Notes under the pieces: model-generated
What the model was told of the DNA's origin: nothing
The model's database searches: none
What the model saw: the letters and a program-made list of their open reading frames with translations, nothing else
Part shown: positions 53,391 to 64,000 of the stretch, in pieces
Numbering within the stretch: position 1 is the first letter of the stretch
Layout: each line of letters starts with the position of its first letter
Assembly (NCBI GenBank): GCA_951406725.2
Contig: OX597831.1
Span: 12,276,001 to 12,340,000, forward strand
Length of the DNA stretch: 64,000 bases
Reading direction: 5' to 3'
DNA from: Octopus vulgaris
Taxonomy: Eukaryota
Translations under genes and position numbers: made by a program

Positions 53391-56300
53391 TTGACTAAAG
53401 CATGAAAACATGTAACCAAATACCACTTGCAACCGATTTGGTTAAACTGAGATGATTAAAGAAAATACTTGCTTCAGATGTCACACAGTAGGATCGATCA
53501 TGGAACCATTGTAGAGTGGTTGTTTTAATCACAGGGCCATATACAGATTCTAGAATATGTCTGATGCATATTTTCACACACACATACACACACACACGTT
53601 TTCATATATAAATTATGATCAGCAGTATTTTATGCTGAGCTGGCAGAATCATTATAATGATGGGAAAATGCTTAGCAGTATTTCTTTCAATTTTATGTTC
53701 TGAGTTCAAATGCTGCCAGGAACAACTCTGGCTTTCATCCTTTGATAAAACAAGAACCGGTTGAGCATTAGGCTTACTGTAAGCTGACTTACCCCACTCC
53801 ACCGAAGTTGTTGGCCTTGTGCAAAAATTTAAAACCATTATTTAATGTTTTCCACACTGGCAGGAGATGAAGGGGGTGTCACAGTCCAAGTCTGTTCTTA
53901 TTTGGGGTTACCATCCACTGGAAATGGATTGAAGTGCCATGTCTTGTTCATATGCTTAGATTTCGGTTTGGTTTCTGTAGCCAGATACCATTGCTCACAT
54001 CAGCCACTGTATAGAATGTACTGGGAGCATTTTCTCATAAAACCAACAATATTCGCAATAATACAAGACCGAGGACCCTCTCAACCCTGTGCTGTCTCCA
54101 TTAATTCCCAATCACTGTACACAGTGTGCCGAGAGCCTTTTATTGTGGCACCAACACTAGGGAGGTTATTTGTCCTTAAAAAGACAAAGCAAGACTATCA
54201 CTACTGAATATTGTCTCCATTCATGTAGGCCAACATGAATAATAAATTGGTAGAAGCGGGTATGATAGCTGAAGATAATATGGGGTGGAGAATGGTAATG
54301 AAGCAGGAGCTTGAAGACGGTGACAGTGAGGAGAGGCAATGCTAGGAGTAATGAGAGAGAGAGAGATAGAGAGGTGGATAATCATAAAAATGGAAGGTGA
54401 TAATGTTTTGGACGTCAATGAGTGACTTGGGAGAGAGGTAGCAGTGGCCGGTAGAATAGGGCAAGAAGATGAGCAGGTAAAAGAAAGTGTGTGATGATTA
54501 GTCGAGAATATGATGGCTATCTGAAGAAGTGGAGGGTGGAAGAGGGGAGTGTATCAGATCTGATGCAATTCCTTGTTAATTAGGTTTTGTTATAGAGAGA
54601 GACATTAATGGCAGCTGCATATTTGCTGGGAAAAAGAGAGAGAGTGAGGGGTGGGGAAGTATCAGGTACCAACAGACCTGTGTCATTTCCCATTATTCAG
54701 GTATTACTATGAGAGAGAGAGAGAGAGAGACAAGAGAGACGGAGGGAGTTTTAATTGGTGGTGAGAGTATACAGACACACACACACACATGAGCATGCAC
54801 ACACACACACACAAACATTTGATTAAAAGGAGTAATCAACCAAGAGATGTGCTTAATACAAAAGTTGAAAACCACAGTTAAGTTGATCTACTTTTATAAG
54901 TATTACACAAATCTTAGAAAGCACATCTCTAGTAATCTCAAAAATTCAAACACTGAATTAAGACACCAAAATATTATAAGTTTTCTCTTCTTTTCTTTTT
55001 TGCTTTTTTTTAAACTCAAACATCATAATTTACTAATTCATTTGATTAAACCAAGAACACACGTTTTTTTTTTAATGTTTATAGTCAACTGATTAAATCC
55101 TAGTATTTTAATAAACCAGGAAAGAACAAAGTTGATTCTTGTGGAATTATAAAATGCAATAATAATTCAAAATTTATCCAGAATGACATTTAACTGTCAT
55201 CTCAACAAATCTTGTATAAAAAATCATATTTAAAGAAAAAGAGAGAGAATTGTAATTTGCATTGCAAATCCCTAAATCATTCTATATGAAATAAATCACA
55301 AATACAATAGTCTTCTGTGCTATGATGTTATTTATTTTCTACACCTGATTTAACATAATCAGAAATCTAAAGACTGATGTTTATTTTAATTAAATAAACC
55401 ACTGAAAAGATGTTTAACCTTTAAATATTTAACCATAATTTAATAACTTTCTGCTCAGTGTCCACCCAATAATTGTTTTCTTCTCCTCACTGGTCCCACT
55501 AGAATTTAAACAAAAGCATTTCCATGCCAACGAGAGATGCTCCTTTATTCATTCAACCTGAAAATGCAACATGCAATGAACTGACTCTGTCCATTTCTGT
55601 TGCAACCCGAAATTTATCAAGTTTTCCTTTTTGCTTTTTTGCTTTTCTTTTGGTTCACAGTGCTTTGACTTTGATAAAGATTATAACTGACAAGTAACTA
55701 ATAGCTTTTAGAAGGACATTTTCTAACAATACCTGCTAAGTGTTTTACCTTTTGTCTTCAGACTTCTATTTACTGTCCACTCTAAATATATACACTTTAT
55801 TTGTAGTTTTCATGAAGAGGGACATCTCTGAGCAATTATCAAACCTTCCACGAGGGAATACTGGAAGATGAGTGCCAATGATCCATGTGGTAGGCTTCAT
55901 AATTCTTGGGAGACTTCTTTCTGCATGAAACCATTGATAGCCTTGTTAACTCTCAAGTAATGAATATTTATCCACCAATGCACTCATTCTCAATTTTTGA
56001 AATTAGCGTGTGTGTGTGTGTAAAGCAAATTCATTTGCAAATCATTCAACAATGCCAGTTGACCAATGTTGTCATCATCATTATCATAATAACAATGTTC
56101 TCTTTTCTATGTTTGTATGGGTCAGTAAAAATTCACTAAAGCAGAGTTTCCACAACTATATGCTTTGCCTGTAGCCATCCCTAACCTATCTCCAAGAAAT
56201 GTGATATTTTCCCAAAGCTCTTTGAACATGAATGGATGAATGGCCAAAGAGCCACACATGTTTTCAAGGAAGAGTGCAGGCAAACAACACAGCTTATATG

Positions 56301-58537
56301 ACAGTAGCATCCATTTAAAGTCAGTGAGCAATGTCAAGATACAGGGAGACAACCACACACACACAAACACACGGGTCTATGTCTATATATATATATGTGT
56401 GTGTGTGTCATCATTTCCAGCTATCAAAGCTTCAGTTAGTTGGAGCTCCAGCAGAAGATTTTTGTCCAAAGCACCACACAGTGGAAGAAGGTGCTGCACA
56501 AAGGGCCAAGGTATTGCACAAAGGGCTAAGGTGGCATGCCGTGATCCAAGGTGGCATGTGAGTAGAATTTTGTAAATGGATTGTATGTATCTGTGTTTAT
56601 GTTTATCAGTGTAAACCAATGTGCCGAGTAGCAATACTTCATATGAAAATATAAACTGTAACTTAGTGATTCAATAAGTAGAGATCCATAAAATAATTTC
56701 CTATGTTCAATATGTACTGGGTCAGATAAAATCAACCAAAATTCCCCTGAAAGTTTTGTCCTAATAAAGAACAGTTCTATAACAGAAACAAGTAAATGAA
56801 TAAAAAAAACTCAAGAAATTTATTGTTTCTTCAATATTAAAATGGCAGCAATTTTATAGAGTATATATGATAGAGGGATGACATGATAATTTTACACATC
56901 TAAAAAACAGTGGTCTTTTGTCATTGTGCTTGTCTCACTTATTTAATCCCTTGGTTAATGCTGAAATTGGTAAACTTTAAAAAAAAAATAATATAGAATT
57001 CTCTCCTAAGAAAAGGCTTCATTCGTTAATTTTTACTTATCTATCTTTTTCCTTGAGCCCAAGGACTTGTAAGGTAAGTTAACTAGTTTTCATGGCATAT
57101 TATTGTGGTGTCACATAAAAGCATTCATGTGGTGCCATGTAAAAGTGCTTCTGTGACACCATGTGACACCATGTCACGATGTGACAGCATACTCTGTAAA
57201 GCGGTTGGTGAAGGGCATCCAACCATAGAAACCATTCCAAATCAGACTGGAATTTGGTGCAGCTCCCCAGCTTGCCAGCTCTGGTGAAACTGTCCAACCC
57301 ATGCCAGCATGGACAATGGACGTTAAATGATGATGATGGTGATGATGATGAAATCACAGTTCCTCTGAAATGGTTGAAGATTTGTTGCAGTTTGCCTCTG
57401 ATATAAACAAAATAAACAAGGCAAAGGAGAGCAGACAGAGACTCTTAAAAGTAAAGACTGAGTCGGGAAACTTGCAGATAGCAGCAACAGCAAAAGTGGA
57501 AGTTGGTGTTAATTCAATCGAATATAATAAAAGAAACTAAACAAATGAATACGAAATGATTGGTAACTTTGATAAACAGACGGCATTTCAAAGAGACAGG
57601 TAAAAATTATAGTAATAAGTCATCTTTCACTTCTAATGAAAGATTAAATGATAAAAGTTTTAACTTGGAAGGAAGCAAAAGAAGAAAGGAAGAAAACCAT
57701 CTCAAACAATTTTAAATCATATTGAAATAAGAAATGATTTTAGAGATTTATGTGTGACAAGTCTATGAAATATAATATTGTATGGTGCAGGGATGGCTGT
57801 GTGGTTAAGAGGTTTGCTTCCTATCCACATGGTCTCAGGTTCAGTCCTACAATGTGGCACCTGAGGTGTTTTTTACTACAGATTCAGACAGACCAAAGCC
57901 TTGTGAACGGATTTAGTAGATGGAAACTGAAAGATGTGTGTGTATGTGTGTATGCATGTGCCTCTGTGTGTGTGTGTGTGTGTGTGTGTGCATGCACCTG
58001 TGTGTGTGTGTATGTTTGCGTCTCCTTGTCTTGACATCATGTGATTGTTGTAAATGAATGTAATTTATTTCCAATATCCTGTGGGAATATGTCTGGTCAT
58101 GAAAAAAATATTACCTTGCTTGGAAAGAAGTAAGGGTTGGTGGCAGGAAGCATCCCGTCATAGAAAATTCAGCCTTAATAGACTCCATCCGACCCATGCA
58201 AGCATGGAAAAGCGGATGCTAGGATGATGATGATGACACAGGAAACTGATCGGCTAGCGAAGACAGTTGCTAGCTCAACAGAGGATGAATAGAAATATAA
58301 TAAGAAGAATCCACTTAATCTGCTACTTGGTTTAACACCCCCAACTTGCATTTGGGTACCTTTAGCAGAATCCAGTCAGTTGGAAACATTCTAGGCAGAC
58401 CGTCAATCTGAAGATTGCTTTGTGACTCTCTTCTCTATGACCATCATTAGTCACAAAGGCTCTGCAAAGGATAATGAGTGATACTCTTCTTCCTTTGGCT
58501 AAGTCCTAACTCCCTAGAAATACCTGAAGAAGTGTAC

Positions 58538-59005
58538 GAACCCTTTGCTCACCATGCTTCCATTAAAATATACTGCCTTAAGGCGGAGAGCTGGCAGAAA
58601 TGTTAGCACACTGGACGAAATGCGTAGCCGTATTTCATCTGCCGTTACATTCTGAGTTCAAATTCTGCTGAGGTCAACTTTGCCTTTCATCCTTTCAGGG
58701 TCGATAAATTAAGTACCAGTTACGCACTGGGGTCGATGTAATTGACTTAATCCATTTATCTGTCCTTGTTTGTCCCCCTTGTGGGTAGTAAAGAAAAAAT
58801 AAAATAAAATAAAATAAAATATACTACTTTTGTTTCAACTAAGCTTGAAATTTATGAGGAATTTAATAAAACATCTTTGGTGTTTGGAACATAAGTTAGC
58901 ATGGAATTTAGGTGGAAGGTTTTAATTTAGCTCACTCTAAAACAGGAAGTTTGTATCATGAAACTAGAAGCTGTCTTGGGTGGGTTGGAATGCAAAACGG
59001 TGAAG
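58538..59005. mobile_element. Degenerate TTAA-type MITE with a Nin-like SINE inserted at ~58581-58800
   Basis: Outer sequence resembles the reverse complement of 37021-37250. The SINE is flanked by AAATATACTGCCTT / AAATATACTACTTT. Confidence 0.65.
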
Positions 59006-61719
59006 CCAAGTGATAGAGCAGAGTAAATATAAGTATTAAGTTTAAGAAAAGGAAGTGCGTCAAGAGATAGAATTAACTATAATAAATGAGTCTTAAAAAT
59101 CAACAAGTGTGAGAAACTGCTTAGTGACAGGTAACGTTTAAAGAAGTGAAGATCAGTGGAGTAAAAGTTATATGTTGTTGAATCTAATCTAAGAATCCAA
59201 TAGTAGGAAAATAATATTAATAACATAAGTCAGAAGACTTTATTATGGAGTTAATATTGCTATGGTCGGTGCTTTTGAAATTTTCATCATTATACTGCAA
59301 TATGGCTTTTAATCATTCCATAGACCATTGCTTATCGATAGCTTTTCCCAATAGATGCTGGTTTATTGATGTTTCTTTTAGAAGCTGATTTGAATTAAAC
59401 TCGTATATAACTTTTATTTTTCTTATATTGAGTTGTTCAATCATTTGTAACTTCACAACAGTAGTTTGAGCAGCAGCAGCAGTTTCTACAACAGCAATCA
59501 ATGAACGTCTACATGGTTGCTCAAATTGCCAAAAATAGCAGCCACATTACACCCCACAGTCTTTACAAAAAAAAGAAAGGACATACTGGATGTTGTAGCT
59601 GGAGATGGACTAATGACAGAAACAACAACAACAAGAAAAACCCTGGGATGGCAGCAGTTTGAATGCCATTGATCATAAATGTGTTAAATCAGGTTTGTCT
59701 TTGAGATAAACATCAACTGCAGCAGGGTTGCACTTTCAATTGTGTCAGATGACAGATATGAAAGGAACAAATCAAATATTGGAAAATACTGAAATTACTT
59801 TCAGCAATTTCTATATTATATTATAATAAATTACCAAGGGAAACAGGGAGCTTTTATGTGGTTGAATAGCTTTCTAGACATAGCAGCCATAAAACTTCCT
59901 CTTCAAGTGGTCACAGTTGAGATCATCTCACAATGATGCTACACCAGGAATTATTGTCTCTTATGAAATTTGGCAGATTCTCAGTTTCATGTTGTGAATC
60001 TCTGCCAACAAAAGAATTTTGAAGAAGGCACAGGTAAAGGCTGTCTCATTAAGAATGCTTCTTTGCAACTCTGTGGCTCTGAGTTCAATCCTACTGCATA
60101 GAATTGTAAGCGCCTTCTACAATTATCATGTATTGGCAATGCCTTGAGACTGGAACTTGTTACACAGAGACTGTGCAGAAACCCATCAAATGCTGTGTGC
60201 ATGTGGACTGATGTGCCATGCTGCCTCTCCCTTTATATTAAAAAGGTAATTTAGCAGCTCAGTGAACAGAGATAGTTACAATAAGTGTCAAACTGAAATA
60301 ATGACAGTGGTTGATATCATTATCCTCATTTTGATCTCCATTTCTTCATGCTTGCATGGGTCGAGTAGAATTTGTTGAAACAGATTTCCCAAGTTCAATG
60401 TCCTTCCTGTCACCAACCTTCACCTGTTCCCAAGCAAGGCAGCAGTTCCAAAGACTATGTTTTTATGGAAGATTAGGAATGAATGACACTGCTTGTATGA
60501 GGATGATGATGATGATGATGCCTACTTTCAATTATCACACAAATGTTAAAACAAAGAAACAACCAATCACACGCACACATATACACGATGGACTTTTTTC
60601 AGTTTCCACCAAACAAATCCACTCCCAAAAGTTTTGTCAAGCCAAAGCTGTAATAAAAGACACTTGTTCAAAGTACCCCAAGGTACCACATGGCAGGACT
60701 TTACCGAAAATGATGTTTTGGAAGTGATATGATGTACGACTTGTCGTCGTCACTGTTATATCTGAACTGTTATAATATGAAACGTTCCTGTGCTCTCTTA
60801 TCGCTCTCCAACTGTGTACCTTCAACAAGCACTCCACGATATCTTTATTCAATAATTCCTACGACCTGTACAATATATGATGGCACACATGACACTCTTC
60901 TCAGACTGTTCTGCACATGCTCATTTATACTAACTGGTAGAGTTCACTTAGCCAATCACGGGGGTGTATAGATTCCCTATACAACAGGAAGCAAACTTCT
61001 TAATCACACACGCTTGCCTGTGTTTATCAATTGATCAAAACCCCTGAAAGGAAGTGCCACAGTGTAACTGCATCAGGTGCCTGAAACCAGTCGAAAATAA
61101 AGAAGAGAATACACCTGGAATATGGTCCGTCGGTAGTAGTGTAAAGTCGACAGACACGAATACTTTTAAGTGAACTATGTAAGTGCAGGACTAACACAGC
61201 TTTGAAATCAAATTACTAAGAGATTTATTCAATACTTTAAAAATAATTTTCTCTCTCATCTCATCACATGTACCTACCATAAACCTTGAAGTATGCTGCC
61301 CAAAATATGAAAAAATCACCAAACCACCGAGAAAAATAAATATAAAAAATTGTCAGAAAAGTTTTGAATCTCTACTAATCACAATTATCTTGACATTAAA
61401 AATAACTCAGATGATATTTTGGTTTCTAGTGCTGACAAGATTACAGCCCCCTGAAGTTGGCTGCCAGTCTGAAGTGATAAAAGAGTTAAGCCAGTTTGTG
61501 AGCCTAACCTCATGAATATTCTTTAAATCTCTTCTAAACTGCCAAAGAAGAATAACACTTCAATCAATTCTGAAGTAAATTTTATATGGCAGATATATGC
61601 AGAATTGGCTTGCATTCAAGTAAAGTACATAAGCACAGAAAAACTGGGGAAAAAAAATGGATCTTGAGTTTGATGAAATCTATAACAACAACAACGTTGA
61701 TAGCATTCACTATCAGAGT

Positions 61720-62200
61720 CAGTCAAGTTGCTTGAAACAACAGTCCAAACACCCTCAAACTTATATTTTATTATCCTAAAAAGAAGCTGCATGAGACAGA
61801 ATAGACCAAAATAAACCTAAAATAGTGGAATCGTCACTGTTTGAGCAACACTGATTTGGAACTGAACAAGAGGCAAAGTAGCCCTTACTTAGCCAACTGA
61901 CCTGTTAGAAATAGCAGCTAAAATCTTCCTCACAGCATACCCTACCATCTTAAATGAAGAAGGAAACATTGAGCCAATGGAGGTGCCTTGGCATATTTGC
62001 TTGGCCCACTAGAAATAGCACCAAATCTCTATCAAATCATACTCTACTATATTAAAAAGTACCATGTTAAATGAAACAGGCCTCGGTCTTCTAACTATAG
62101 GAGAAAGATGACATGTTAGACAATGTTGTCTTAGAGATATAAAAAGATGAGATGGTCATGGATGGAGTGCCTTTCAGCCTAGGTCTGCTTGATTAAAACT
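61720..62200 (+). repeat. Old dispersed repeat family (CTAGAAATAGCAGCCAAATCT...GGACACATTGGA...ATGGTCATGGCTGGAATGCCTTTGATC...CTAAACAACAAC)
   Basis: Numerous degenerate copies on both strands, e.g. ~2290-2470, 15640-15900, 17110-17330, 21355-21540, 38100-38450, 41530-41720, 43020-43420, 59530-59715 and 63400-63550. Confidence 0.7.
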
Positions 62201-62667
62201 GAAGTGGCACTAAACAGAGACAGCTGTTTCTAACACAGGCAAGAAGGCTAGCAATTTTGAAGAAAGGAAGATATTTGATACTACAGACCCCAGTCCTTGA
62301 CTGGCACTTCATGTTTATTTTGTTGACCCCAAAGGAATGAAGGGCAAAGTTGACCATATAAGGATATGGACTCAGAGAGTTAAGAGCAGAAACAAATACC
62401 AAATACCACACAGTATTTTTCCAAATGCTCAAATGATTCTGTCAATCCATTGCTCTCAACAACAACGCTATTCCCATCAACAACAACTATTTCTTCTGCA
62501 GGAAGAAGACCTGAAATTATGGGGGAGGGGTTGAGTCAATTACATTGATCCCAGTGCTCAACTGGTACTTATTTCATCAACTGTGAGAGAATGAAAGGTA
62601 GAGCCAACTTTGACAGCATTTGAACTCAGAATGGACAGATGAACAAATGCCACTAAGTATTTTGAAT

Positions 62668-63250
62668 GGCAGATCAAGAAATTAATTTTTTGTAACTAAA
62701 CACTTTCAAACTTTGGACAATGGTAGAATGTGTCATATAAAACATCTTTTACTCTTAGTGTTGTTGAGAAAAGTTTATATTTTCAAAGTTATTTCATGTT
62801 AAAGTAGTCGTATTTTGGTAATTTCAACCAATCAATGACATGTATTCAGCTGAATAAAATTACTGCTGTTGTTTGTCAATAACAACTGTCAGTGGTGTAT
62901 TTTTCATTTGTCCCTGTTATTTATGATATCGTTCGTGCATTTGTACTGGTTTTAGCATTAAGGTTTTAGGGTTAGGTTTGGGGGTGTTAGGGTTAGGGTT
63001 GGGATTTTAGGGTTAGAGTTACGGAAAAAAGTGAAAAATGAAGAAATTGGAGGGGAAGGGGGAAAAGTTTTTCCAAAAATAGTAGCTGAAAAACAGGAAA
63101 AAAAAAAGCTAAAAGCAGTAGAAATGCACAAACGATTGTGGTGGTGCCAAGAAGTAAACATGCTTCAGACACTCTCGTTTATTCATACAAACATATCTGA
63201 GATGAAATATGTCATAAATAACAGTGACAAACAAAATATACACCACCGGA
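62668..63250. mobile_element. Probable non-autonomous element with internal degenerate TTAGGG repeats (62958-63020)
   Basis: Compositionally distinct block between SINE fragments containing TTTTAGGGTTAGGTTTGGGGGTGTTAGGGTTAGGGTTGGGATTTTAGGGTTAGAG. Class and ends uncertain. Confidence 0.45.
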
Positions 63251-64000
63251 AGTTGTTGTTGGACCTTGGTAGTGTTTGAACTCAGAATGCAATGAGTTAG
63301 AAGAAGATGCCATTAGGCATTTCGTCTGATCTGCAAATGATTCTGCCAGCTTGCTGCTGCCTTTGACTTAAAAAAAAAAGTAGCCAAAGTTTCATCATTT
63401 CACACATTACTGTCAGAAAAAAGCACCAGTGCACTGAATAATGTGGTCCTAGGTACACTATGTTTGAGGAAAAGAAGAAGACTTGTCATGGTTTGAATGT
63501 CTTTGGTCAGTTCAATCAGGACCGGCCTAGATCTAATCTAAACAACAACAGCAAACAAATATATTGGGCAAAGTCCATTCAAGCAAGGTCTCTGGTTTGA
63601 GGACATCATTCTTTCCTGCATATCTTGAAGTCCCAGTAAAGGGTCATGATCACTGTTAAAGATACTGGCTAAGTGATAAAACATATATTTGAGAGGAATT
63701 TTAAGACTCACAGCAAACACATGTTGTTCTGAAATGTTGGTACAAGGCCAGTATTTTGGGGGAAGGTGGTAGGGTTAATTACATCGACCCCCACCCCCAC
63801 CACAGTGTTTAACTGGTACTTATTTTATCGACCTTGGAAAGATGAAAGGCAAAGTCAACCTCAGTGGAATTTGAACTCAGAATGTACTGACAAACGACAT
63901 GCCTCTAATTATTTTGCCTAATGTGTTAACAATTCTACCAGCTCACTATTTGAAACTCGTAAAATAGTACAATTGTGTCCCAGCTGTAATTTTGCACTCT

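Overview
AT-rich, repeat-dense eukaryotic DNA, most likely an octopus (coleoid cephalopod) judging by the SINE families and microsatellite load. The window appears to lie inside one large minus-strand gene, a type IV diacylglycerol kinase (DGK zeta/iota/rdgA-like). Only two small coding exons are recognisable: 69 nt [23 protein letters not shown] at 32283-32351 and 33 nt SFQQRFTFQSK at 11740-11772, both in the second C1 domain. I did not find the flanking exons in the window. The rest is intron containing tRNA-derived SINEs, an RTE LINE relic interrupted by a deleted mariner, a Tc1/mariner relic, a 5'-truncated Penelope-like element (RT + GIY-YIG), TTAA-type MITEs and microsatellites. Almost all ORFs in the supplied track are repeat artefacts. 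Most notable: (1) a ~390-bp insertion with a hammerhead ribozyme-like fold and 41-bp terminal redundancy (retrozyme-like); (2) an apparent captured foreign exon between duplicated flanks; (3) several near-perfect intronic foldbacks (52, 59 and ~200 bp, plus an inverted SINE cluster); (4) a candidate alternative DGK exon. All family assignments are from recall and no searches were run.
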